Shown: positions 17,102 through 25,464, counted from the stretch's first letter. The stretch is 64,000 bases of DNA from an uncultured SAR86 cluster bacterium (GCA_902635045.1 CACPMT010000004.1:34318-98317), one strand, 5' to 3'. Translations and numbers: made by a program. The notes: generated from the sequence alone by a model not told the origin.

Positions 17102-17746
17102 ATGAAAATAAAAAAATACATTGCTGAATTTTTAGGAACCTTTTTTTTAGTGGCTACAGTCATTGGTTCCGGGATCATGGGTGATAATTTATCTTCTGGT
17201 AATGTGGCAGTGGCTTTATTAGGTAATACGATTGCAACCGGAGCAATTCTTTATGTCATCATTAAATCTTTTGAAGATTTATCAGGAGCTCACTTTAATC
17301 CAATTGTCTCAATAGTCTTTTATTTTTTAAAAGAGATCAACTTAAAAGATTTACTCTTCTATTTAATTATTCAATTCATTGCAGGATTTTTCGCAGTAAT
17401 ATTTATCCATTTCATATTTGAACTTAGTTTGCTTCAAATTTCATCCAAACCCAGGATGGGAATCAGTATGGTTTTAAGTGAAATAATTGCATCACTGGGA
17501 TTAATTTTAACTATCTTAATGGTTAGAAAAAATAATAAGTCTAATGTAGCTATTTCAGTGGCTTTATTTATTACAGCGGGTTACTGGTTTACATCGTCTA
17601 CCTCATTCGCAAATCCAGCAGTAACTCTAGCTAGGACATTTACGGATACTTTTACTGGAATTTCACCAGAGTCGATTATTTATTTCTTTTCAGGCCAATT
17701 AATTGGTCTGTTCATTGCTTTGTATATTTATAAATTTTTAAGATGA
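17102..17746 (+). CDS. MIP-family channel (aquaporin-like, arsenite-channel context)
   Basis: 214 aa with six predicted TM segments. The first signature is HFNPIVS (NPI rather than NPA) and the second is FANPAVTLAR. It overlaps arsC as ATGA. Confidence 0.85.
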   Translation: MKIKKYIAEFLGTFFLVATVIGSGIMGDNLSSGNVAVALLGNTIATGAILYVIIKSFEDLSGAHFNPIVSIVFYFLKEINLKDLLFYLIIQFIAGFFAVIFIHFIFELSLLQISSKPRMGISMVLSEIIASLGLILTILMVRKNNKSNVAISVALFITAGYWFTSSTSFANPAVTLARTFTDTFTGISPESIIYFFSGQLIGLFIALYIYKFLR

Positions 17747-18162
17747 GAGAATCGAAGAAAATATTATTTCTCTGCACTGGAAATTCTTGTAGATCGCAAA
17801 TGGCTGAAGGTTTTGCAAAAAAATTTACTACTTTTCAGGCTTATTCAGCTGGCACTAGAAAATCTAATTTAAATTCATATGCAATCAAAGTAATGTCAGA
17901 AGTCAAAATTGATATATCAGATCAATTCTCTAAAACCATAAACGAATTGGAAGACAAAGATTTTGATTATGTTTTTACTTTATGTTCAGATGTTGAAGAA
18001 AACTGTCCAGTCTTATTCAAAGGGAAGACCATACACAAAGGTTTTGAAGATCCTCCTATGCTCTCAGAAAATATAAATGATGATGAAAAAATATTAAATA
18101 TTTACAGAAGGGTAAGGGATGAAATTCTTGATTTCATTCTAAATATCAATCATGACATTTAA
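17743..18162 (+). CDS. arsC: Arsenate reductase, LMW-PTPase (thioredoxin-coupled) type
   Basis: 139 aa. The N-terminal LCTGNSCRSQMAEG P-loop (CX5R) and downstream Cys residues (LCSD...ENCP) are typical of the ArsC/LMW-PTP class. Confidence 0.88.
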   Translation: MRESKKILFLCTGNSCRSQMAEGFAKKFTTFQAYSAGTRKSNLNSYAIKVMSEVKIDISDQFSKTINELEDKDFDYVFTLCSDVEENCPVLFKGKTIHKGFEDPPMLSENINDDEKILNIYRRVRDEILDFILNINHDI

Positions 18163-18292
18163 ATTTAGTCATACTGGGACAATAGTTTCACAACAATTTT
18201 ATCGTGTATTATTTTCCAATTTAGAGAAATAAAATATGGAATCTTTTTTTAAACTGCTTTCCAGCTAGAATGTTCTCATTAAGTTTTTTATT

Positions 18293-18322
18293 TGTAACAT
18301 TTCTGTAACATTTTTTGTATAC
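18293..18322 (+). promoter_or_regulatory. Array C of phased TGTAACA heptamers upstream of TBDR-phytase
   Basis: TGTAACA is at 18293 and again at 18304 (11 bp apart), and TGTATAC at 18316. The array ends 30 nt before the TBDR ATG (18352). Confidence 0.4.
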
Positions 18323-18351
18323 ATTACCTCTAGGTTTATTGAGGGACTCCT

Positions 18352-20904
18352 ATGAAAAAAATATATTTACTCCTTTTAATTTTTACAAACCCTTTTGTAT
18401 TTTCACAAGAAAACTCAGAAATTACTGAGGAATTGTATGTAGTTGGAACAAAAGCTAGCATCATCTCTGCTATAGAAAAGCAAAGGCAATCCGATCAGAT
18501 TATATCTGTTATAGATTCAGATGCCTTAGGTGAATTTCCAGATACTACTGCAGCAGAGGCTTTAAGAAGAATCTCAGGTATTTCAGTTGAAAACGATCAA
18601 GGTGAGGGCCGTTACGTTACTGTTAGAGGTCTCTCGGGAGACTTAAACAATATTTCTGTTAACGGCGCAACTATTCCAGCACCAGAAGGTGGAAGAAAAG
18701 TGATGCTTGACGGTCTGCCAACAGAGCTTCTAGATTCTATTGAAGTATACAAATCTTTAACTCCTGATCAAGATCTTGATTCTATTGGTGGAAGAGTTGA
18801 GTTTAATACGAAAAGCGCTCTAGACTTGGATGGCACGTATTTCAAACTAAAAGCAAATACCCTATACAACGATCAAACATATAATGCTGATAATCCTAAA
18901 ATCTCCCTTACTTACGGAGATCTGATTAGTGAAAATGTGGGACATATAATTGGTCTTACTTATTCTAAAAAACAAGTAGTTACTTACAACAACGAAACCG
19001 GATTTCCTGCCTGGGCTGCCACTGGTGGAAACTATGCAATAGATGATGATTTTGAAAGCAGATATTATGATTTAACCAGAGAAAGATTAGGAATTACTTA
19101 CGACATTGATTATAGGATCAATGATGAATCATCTATGTATGCAAATATTTTATGGAATGAATACGTGGATGATGAGCTCAGATATAAAGATGAGTACGGG
19201 AAGTTAAAAAATAGCAATGTTACTGCAACGGGAAGCACTATTACAGAAATAAGAAGAGATTCTGAAACAAGAGTTAGGGAGGAAGTTAGAACAATTAGAA
19301 CATTCATTCTAGGTGGTAAAACAATAATCAACGGTTGGGATGCAGACTTTGCATATTCGAATTCTTTTGCTGAAGAAGATGATACAGACAATGTTGATGC
19401 AAAGTTTAGAAGTAGTACATTTAAGGCAGCTGCTTGTGGAGGACCTTGCGGATCTTTTGACTATTCAGATCCTCAAAAACCACGTTTGACTCTAGTTCCT
19501 GCAATTATTACTGGAGCTGGGAATATTTATGATCCAGCAAGCATGGGAGTAGATGAGATTGAAGAGGAAGATTCTATAATTGAGGACACAATATCATCAG
19601 TTCAGGCTGATTTTACAAAAGAAGGTTTTACGGTTTCTGATATTCCAACGACTTTAAAATTTGGCTTCAAATATAGTACTCGAGAAAAAGAAAAAACTGT
19701 TTCAGGTTTCAAATCGGATCCTGGTACTTCTCAATCAGCTTACAATCCAATCACTACACCAGTTAACTGGCCTTGGCCAACTGTTTTTGGTCCCATGGCA
19801 GATCCTGCAACAATCTTCGCTCTTCAGGGTACATTTGGTTCATTAACAAATAACTATGCAAAACCTAACTATAATAAAGATTTTGTTTCTGAAGAAGATA
19901 TCACAGCACTTTATTTTATGGGCACAATGGAATTTGAAAACGCAGTTGTGATTGCAGGTCTAAGGGCAGAGGACACCTCATTTGATACACTTGGATACAA
20001 TAAAGAAGATGGCTCTATTATTAGAGCATCTAAAAATTACACATTCGTATCACCAAGTGTAAACGTAAAATACTTCGTCAATGACGATACAATAGTTCGT
20101 GGTGCAATTTATCGATCTTTATCTAGACCTGGATTCGGTGAAACTGCTCCTGTAGCAGACTTTAAATCGGATGGAACTGCAGCGGATGGAAGTACAATTT
20201 ATAAGGGAGAAATGGGTAATCCTGACTTAGAACCATATGAATCTACAAATCTAGATCTTACCTTTGAAAGATATTATGAAAATGGCGCAGTATCAATAGG
20301 TTATTTTAGTAAAGATGTTAAAAACGCTATTTATCCTCAGGTTACAGCAGGTGTTGTTGGAGGGATTAACTTTAGTGAATTAGAAACATACATTAATAGC
20401 GAAAAGTCAACAGTTGATGGAATTGAATTTAATTTTTTCAGAGAATTTGTGAATCTTCCTGAACCATTTGATGGTTTATTCATCTCATTAAATTTAACTG
20501 AAGTTGACGCTGAAAGTGATATTCCTAGCGCTAAAGGTGTGTTTACCGTTCCATTTAGAAAACTCGCTGATAGTACAAGAAATTTATCAATTGGTTACGA
20601 CAAAGGAAAAGTTGACATGAGACTCTCATTAGCTCAAAGAAGTGATTACTTAGATTATCTTGCTGATGATGATATAGAAACTACTGTAGATAATCTAGAT
20701 TATGACAATATCAGATTTACTGACGATCATTCGCAAATAGACTTTACAGCCAAGTACTATTTAAATGACAATTTAACTTTTAAATTAGACTTAATTAATA
20801 TAAATGACGAACCAGAATTCTATTATTGGGGCAATACTTCAAGACTTTCTCAATATGATGAATATGGTAGAAGTGCGACAATTGGCTTCACTTATAAGTA
20901 CTAA
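18352..20904 (+). CDS. TonB-dependent outer-membrane receptor
   Basis: 850 aa with a signal peptide. Plug blocks are EELYVVGTKAS, VRGLSGDLNNISVNG and GGRVEFNTK. The barrel ends in the aromatic terminus GFTYKY. Confidence 0.9.
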   Translation: MKKIYLLLLIFTNPFVFSQENSEITEELYVVGTKASIISAIEKQRQSDQIISVIDSDALGEFPDTTAAEALRRISGISVENDQGEGRYVTVRGLSGDLNNISVNGATIPAPEGGRKVMLDGLPTELLDSIEVYKSLTPDQDLDSIGGRVEFNTKSALDLDGTYFKLKANTLYNDQTYNADNPKISLTYGDLISENVGHIIGLTYSKKQVVTYNNETGFPAWAATGGNYAIDDDFESRYYDLTRERLGITYDIDYRINDESSMYANILWNEYVDDELRYKDEYGKLKNSNVTATGSTITEIRRDSETRVREEVRTIRTFILGGKTIINGWDADFAYSNSFAEEDDTDNVDAKFRSSTFKAAACGGPCGSFDYSDPQKPRLTLVPAIITGAGNIYDPASMGVDEIEEEDSIIEDTISSVQADFTKEGFTVSDIPTTLKFGFKYSTREKEKTVSGFKSDPGTSQSAYNPITTPVNWPWPTVFGPMADPATIFALQGTFGSLTNNYAKPNYNKDFVSEEDITALYFMGTMEFENAVVIAGLRAEDTSFDTLGYNKEDGSIIRASKNYTFVSPSVNVKYFVNDDTIVRGAIYRSLSRPGFGETAPVADFKSDGTAADGSTIYKGEMGNPDLEPYESTNLDLTFERYYENGAVSIGYFSKDVKNAIYPQVTAGVVGGINFSELETYINSEKSTVDGIEFNFFREFVNLPEPFDGLFISLNLTEVDAESDIPSAKGVFTVPFRKLADSTRNLSIGYDKGKVDMRLSLAQRSDYLDYLADDDIETTVDNLDYDNIRFTDDHSQIDFTAKYYLNDNLTFKLDLININDEPEFYYWGNTSRLSQYDEYGRSATIGFTYKY

Positions 20905-21985
20905 AAATTATTTTTCCCCCAAAAAGGCAAGTTTCATACTTGCCTTTTTCTTGTCTACTTTTACTTTTGCAGATTATGTTGAGGTTGAGGCAATTTACGA
21001 GACACCGCCAGTTATAACTAAGGGAGATGCAGCTGATGATCCTGCAATATGGGTAAATAAAAATAATCCTTCAAATTCAATTATCTTTGGAACTGATAAA
21101 AAAAGCGGAATTTATAGTTACAATCTTCAAGGACAAGAGTTGAGTTATACAAATCTTGGCAGGATTAATAATGTTGATACAAGAAGTATGAATCTTGGAG
21201 ACGATGAGAATGTCTCTGATTTTACTTTCCTTTTTGGGTCTAATAGAACATTAGGATCGGTAGATTTATGGGTATTTGAAGATAATAAAACAAGACAAAA
21301 ACTTAAAAATAATTCATGGGAAGTCCCATCAAAACCATCATTTAGAGGTAAATCAAATATTATCGTATATGGTATATGCGCTGGAATCGATCCAAAGTAT
21401 GGATTAGTTGCTTTTTTAACAGAAGACACTGGTCCGAGAGTTGAAGTATGGAACCTGACTGATAATGGCCTCGATCTTATAACAACTTTTAATAATGGTG
21501 GAGAATCGGAAGGGTGTGTTTATGATGATTTCAATAGAACTCTTTTTATATCAGAAGAAGAAGTAAGAGGGGTTTTAAAAGCTTATAGACTCGATGACAG
21601 TTTTGATTTCTCTGAGCCTTATATTGTCGATTCTAGAGAAGGTCAAATTGGTGGCGACCCAGAGGGAGTATCTTTATATAAAACATCAAACAATTCAGGT
21701 TATTTAATTTTATCCTCTCAAGGCGATAGTAAATTTAATCTTTATGATAGGAATTATCCATATGATTATATAACCAGTTTTAGAATAGGTTCTTCAAAAA
21801 GTATAGACAATGTTACTGATACTGACGGTATAGAAACAATCAACTTTAAACTGAGTGATGAGTATCCAGAAGGTATTATGATTGCACAAGATGGTCTTAA
21901 TAAAGATGGGTATAAAACTAAAAGGCAAAACTTTAAAATTGTCTCTTTCAAAGATGTGCTTGATGCTTTAAATGTTCCTAGATAA
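20864..21985 (+). CDS. Beta-propeller phytase (3-phytase family), secreted
   Basis: DAADDPAIWVNKNNPSNSIIFGTDKKSGIYSYNLQG matches the N-terminal block of Bacillus-type beta-propeller phytases. The signal peptide is KKASFILAFFLSTFTFA|D. No ATG lies between the TBDR stop and the signal peptide, so the start is uncertain: ATG 20864, GTG 20873 or TTG 20882, all inside the TBDR 3' end. Confidence 0.85.
   Translation: MVEVRQLASLISTKNYFSPKKASFILAFFLSTFTFADYVEVEAIYETPPVITKGDAADDPAIWVNKNNPSNSIIFGTDKKSGIYSYNLQGQELSYTNLGRINNVDTRSMNLGDDENVSDFTFLFGSNRTLGSVDLWVFEDNKTRQKLKNNSWEVPSKPSFRGKSNIIVYGICAGIDPKYGLVAFLTEDTGPRVEVWNLTDNGLDLITTFNNGGESEGCVYDDFNRTLFISEEEVRGVLKAYRLDDSFDFSEPYIVDSREGQIGGDPEGVSLYKTSNNSGYLILSSQGDSKFNLYDRNYPYDYITSFRIGSSKSIDNVTDTDGIETINFKLSDEYPEGIMIAQDGLNKDGYKTKRQNFKIVSFKDVLDALNVPR
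20921..20949 (+). terminator. Terminator-like hairpin between TBDR and phytase (inside the phytase signal-peptide codons)
   Basis: The hairpin is AAAAAGGCAAGT-TTCAT-ACTTGCCTTTTT. It starts 17 nt after the TBDR stop and is followed by TTTTTCTTG. Confidence 0.55.
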
Positions 21986-22178
21986 CATCTAGGGTTTATA
22001 TCAAATAATTCAATCTCTCATATGCATTAATTCTTACCTTTGCCTTTTATTGTTCTGAATAAATCTATTTCTTGTCAGCCTAAGGACTAAACTGAAATAG
22101 GAATCGAATTAAATTTTTAAATATTTAAATTTAAAGTTTTGAAAAAAATGCTAGTTTTTTTTATAAAATTCGTCTATT

Positions 22179-22219
22179 GTGTCAATTATGTGACATGTAA
22201 GTGTCAATAAAGTTACAAA
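22179..22219 (+). promoter_or_regulatory. Array D: four 11-bp-phased GTGTCA-type repeats, distal to pit
   Basis: GTGTCAAT is at 22179, GTGACATG at 22190, GTGTCAAT at 22201 and GTTACAAA at 22212, with exact 11-bp spacing. TGTCA-N6-TGACA can also be read as an inverted repeat. Confidence 0.4.
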
Positions 22220-22453
22220 TAATATGAATACTAAAACCGTTCTTAAAGATCAAAGATTAATACCTGCAAAGTCTCAAGTGCAAGAGATGGTTATATTTGG
22301 TTTTATTTCTTTATGGATAGTTTTAGTGGCAGTTCTTTATTTTTCATAAATATCTCTGAAAAAAAAACCTAAGTCTTTTTATTTATCCATAAATTGCAAG
22401 GATTTGAATCATTCACTATTTCATATAAATTTTAATTTAATATCTAAAATTAA

Positions 22454-22492
22454 GTTACATTAAGGCAACAGTTTCTTAACAATCTTGTAGTA
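22454..22492 (+). promoter_or_regulatory. Array E: four 11-bp-phased xxAACA repeats proximal to pit
   Basis: GTTACA is at 22454, GCAACA at 22465, TTAACA at 22476 and GTAGTA at 22487. The array ends 30 nt before the pit ATG (22522). Confidence 0.35.
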
Positions 22493-22521
22493 AAATTATT
22501 TTTAATTTAGAGACTCTCAAT

Positions 22522-23772
22522 ATGGAAACTTTGTTTTTGGATCCTTTTAACATACTTTTGATTGCAGGATTTATTGGTTTTTTTATGGCTTTCGGCATTG
22601 GGGCTAACGATGTTGCAAACTCCATGGGGACTTCTGTAGGAAGCAAAGCTATAACCCTTAAACAAGCAATAATAATTGCGGCTATTTTTGAATTTTTAGG
22701 AGCTTTTTTAGCAGGTGGAGAAGTAACTTCTACAATTAGAAAAGGCATCGTAGATCCAAATCTATATGCCAATGATGTAAATATATTTGTAATGGGCATG
22801 ATATCAGCTCTTTTAGCAGGAGGTACTTGGTTGTTTATCGCGAGTTTAAGAGGCTGGCCTGTTTCTACTACTCACTCAATAGTGGGAGCTATTATTGGTT
22901 TCGTACTAATTTCTAAGGGAGTAGATGCTGTATCTTGGGGTAAGGTTGGTAATATCGCAATGAGTTGGGTAACTTCCCCTTTATTTTCTGGAACTTTAGC
23001 TTTTGGACTCTATATATCTGCAAAAAAATTAATTTTAGATAGAGCCAATCCTGGAAAAGCAGCTATCACTTTTATTCCATTATATAGTTTTCTAGTAGCA
23101 GTCGTTATTTCACTCGTCACAGCAAGGAAAGGTCTTAAACATGTTGGAATAGAATTTTCAGAAAATGAAATTTATTTATTTACTTTAATTTTTAGCATTA
23201 TTGTTGCAACTGGAACAGCATTTTTTTTAAGAAGGAATAAAGATCAAATAATGAGAGAAGGCGGCATTGAATTTGCATTTGGATTGCTGATGATAGTTTC
23301 TGCTAGCGCTATGGCTTTTGCCCATGGTTCAAATGATGTTGCAAATGCAATTGGACCTTTGGCAGCAGTTGTAAGTGTTGTGGATACTGGCGAAATAGGA
23401 TCTAAATCTTTGATTAGCCCATGGGTTTTACTTGTTGGAGGTATTGGGATAGTTTTTGGTTTAGCAACTCTAGGTTCCAGGGTCATCTCAACAGTCGGAA
23501 AAAAAATTACAGCTCTAACGCCTAGTCTTGGCTTCTCCGCAGAAATGGCCACAGCGTCTACTGTCGTTGCTGCGACTTATCTTGGGTTTCCTATTTCAAC
23601 TACACATACACTAGTCGGTGGAGTTATAGGCGTTGGGTTAGCTAAAGGCGCAGAACACTTAGATTATGCTTCGATAAGGAGAATAATTGCTTCTTGGTTA
23701 GTAACTATTCCTACTGGTGCGGCATTTACAATTCTCTTCTATATTTTATTAAGAATAATTTTTGGTGTATAA
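22522..23772 (+). CDS. pit: Inorganic phosphate transporter, PiT family
   Basis: 416 aa and polytopic. It carries the duplicated PiT signature GANDVANSMGTSVGS and GSNDVANAIGP. Confidence 0.9.
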   Translation: METLFLDPFNILLIAGFIGFFMAFGIGANDVANSMGTSVGSKAITLKQAIIIAAIFEFLGAFLAGGEVTSTIRKGIVDPNLYANDVNIFVMGMISALLAGGTWLFIASLRGWPVSTTHSIVGAIIGFVLISKGVDAVSWGKVGNIAMSWVTSPLFSGTLAFGLYISAKKLILDRANPGKAAITFIPLYSFLVAVVISLVTARKGLKHVGIEFSENEIYLFTLIFSIIVATGTAFFLRRNKDQIMREGGIEFAFGLLMIVSASAMAFAHGSNDVANAIGPLAAVVSVVDTGEIGSKSLISPWVLLVGGIGIVFGLATLGSRVISTVGKKITALTPSLGFSAEMATASTVVAATYLGFPISTTHTLVGGVIGVGLAKGAEHLDYASIRRIIASWLVTIPTGAAFTILFYILLRIIFGV

Positions 23773-23779
23773 AATTAAT

Positions 23780-24529
23780 TTAAAGAATAAATAATAACCA
23801 GATTCCAGACAAAGTAATGTGCGGACCAAAAGCAATAGTTTTTTCTGAAACATTTCTTTTTTTAAAAAAATACCAAATTATTCCTGATAAAGAAGAGACA
23901 AATAAAATAAAGGGTAAATTGTAGATACCAAAAAATAGAGATAGATTGGATATCAATATTATATCCCCCCAACCAAAAGAATCTTTCTTCAATATATAGT
24001 CTGCTAAAAATTTGATAGCAGATAACACGGCAAGGCATATCAAGAAAGAGACAAACCCTAGGCCTAAAGAAGTGAAATAAAAATTGGTAAGAATTCCAGT
24101 AAAAAAAACGATTAAATTAAGCGAGAAGGGAATTTTGAAAAAACTTTCGTCCAATCGAGCGATTAAGATTAAGGTAAAAATAAAAAGACAATCTAAAAGA
24201 AAGATATAATTTATCGAACCTGCTTTGATCAAAATTAAGGCAAATAAAATTCCAAGCAAAATCTCGAAAAAAGGGTAACTGATTGAAATACTTTGTTTGC
24301 AAGATTTACATTTACCCATTTGAATAAAAAAACTTAAAACCGGTATGAGCGAAAATACTGATAAAGGTGCTTTGCAATTTGGACAAAACGACCTGGGAAA
24401 AGAAAGTCCCATATCTGGGAACTCCTTCAAAGCATTACGATAATTAAGGATAATAGGCATGCGATATGACAAGCTATTGAGAAAGCTTCCAAATATAAGT
24501 CCTAGCAAGAAAGCATATAAAATTTCCAT
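23780..24529 (-). CDS. gspO: Prepilin peptidase (A24 family)
   Basis: 249 aa. It has the N-terminal Cys pairs CPNCKAPL...CKSCKQSI, a polytopic core and GWGDIIL in place of GxGDxKL. It is divergent from gspC and could equally serve type IV pilins (pilD). Confidence 0.8.
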   Translation of the reverse strand: MEILYAFLLGLIFGSFLNSLSYRMPIILNYRNALKEFPDMGLSFPRSFCPNCKAPLSVFSLIPVLSFFIQMGKCKSCKQSISISYPFFEILLGILFALILIKAGSINYIFLLDCLFIFTLILIARLDESFFKIPFSLNLIVFFTGILTNFYFTSLGLGFVSFLICLAVLSAIKFLADYILKKDSFGWGDIILISNLSLFFGIYNLPFILFVSSLSGIIWYFFKKRNVSEKTIAFGPHITLSGIWLLFIL

Positions 24530-24547
24530 AAAATTATAATATTCAAA

Positions 24548-24580
24548 TTGTCACTTAATTGTCATTCAAAATCGTATATT
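24548..24580 (+). promoter_or_regulatory. Pho-box-like direct repeat plus -10 upstream of gspC
   Basis: TTGTCAC (24548) and TTGTCAT (24559) are 11 bp apart with the AT spacer TTAA. Compare the E. coli consensus CTGTCATAWAWCTGTCAY. TATATT at 24575-24580 lies 9 nt further on, and the gspC ATG is at 24627. Confidence 0.4.
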
Positions 24581-24626
24581 TAGTAGATAATATATCCTCT
24601 AAAGGTCAAACTAGTATATTTAAATT

Positions 24627-25457
24627 ATGAATATAAATTTTTTTAATATTTACAATGAAATCGCTGATTTCATTTCTAAAAAGGCCAAAACAATTGCTAT
24701 TGCTATCGTTGTTTTAATATTTTCTTTTGAGACTTCAAATGTAATTTTAGAAATAATCTTTGCTGACAAACCCGTTCTAAATCAGTCCACCGCCGCAAAG
24801 ATCCAAATCAGAAAGATAGATCAAAATCCTTTCTTGTCAAATTATGATTCTAAAGTAAATTCCAATGCTCTTTTAAACGCTATCAAAGCTCCAGAAACAT
24901 CATTATCTTTGAAGTTATTTGGCGTGACTTCTTCTGAGGATAAAAATTTTGCAATCATTGGCCTCAATAAATCAGATCAAAAAGAGTATCAGACAGGAGA
25001 TCGCATCTTAGATAATGTTTTTTTAGAGTCGATACATAAAGATTATGTAACGATCAATAGATCTGGGGTTGCAGAGAGTCTCTCATTTAATAAACCGAAC
25101 CTAATTTCAGGAATAGAAACTGAAATTTTAAAAAATCCTGCAAATAAAAATGACAATATAATTTCCGCGGAGTGGCTATCAAATCAAAATATTCTTGACG
25201 CGATTTCTTTTGTTCCAATTTTTTCAAACGGCACTTTGTCTGGACTGGAAGTAAATCCTGGAGAAAATAAAGACTTTTTTGTTAACTTAGACCTTATGCC
25301 AGGAGATGTTCTTGTTTCAATAAATGGTGCTTTAGTCTCTGATCTAAATGAAAATTACCTTTCAAACCTGGAGACTTTTTTCAGCGAACCTAGGGATCTT
25401 AATCTTTCGATCTTGAGAGATAACAATCCAATTTCGATTGGTATAAAAGTAAATTAA
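24627..25457 (+). CDS. gspC: Type II secretion system protein C
   Basis: 276 aa with an N-terminal TM and an HR-domain pattern (LKLFGVTSS..AIIG....YQTGDRI...FLESIHKDYVTINRSGVAESLSF). It has a C-terminal PDZ-like PGDVLVSINGALVSD and is first in the gsp operon. Confidence 0.78.
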   Translation: MNINFFNIYNEIADFISKKAKTIAIAIVVLIFSFETSNVILEIIFADKPVLNQSTAAKIQIRKIDQNPFLSNYDSKVNSNALLNAIKAPETSLSLKLFGVTSSEDKNFAIIGLNKSDQKEYQTGDRILDNVFLESIHKDYVTINRSGVAESLSFNKPNLISGIETEILKNPANKNDNIISAEWLSNQNILDAISFVPIFSNGTLSGLEVNPGENKDFFVNLDLMPGDVLVSINGALVSDLNENYLSNLETFFSEPRDLNLSILRDNNPISIGIKVN

Positions 25458-25464
25458 ATAAAAT

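Noticed and set aside
20804-20863. Upstream 20 codons of the phytase track ORF
   Set aside because: They lie deep inside the TBDR coding region, and nothing there resembles a signal peptide. Later in-frame starts (20864, 20873, 20882) give a more plausible pre-protein.
22224-22349. 41-aa ORF (MNTKTVLKDQRLIPAKSQVQEMVIFGFISLWIVLVAVLYFS) with one TM segment upstream of pit
   Set aside because: Its ATG starts 5 nt after the last repeat of array D. A promoter using those repeats would therefore start transcription inside the ORF. It has no SD and no family recognition. It is kept only as a remote possibility.
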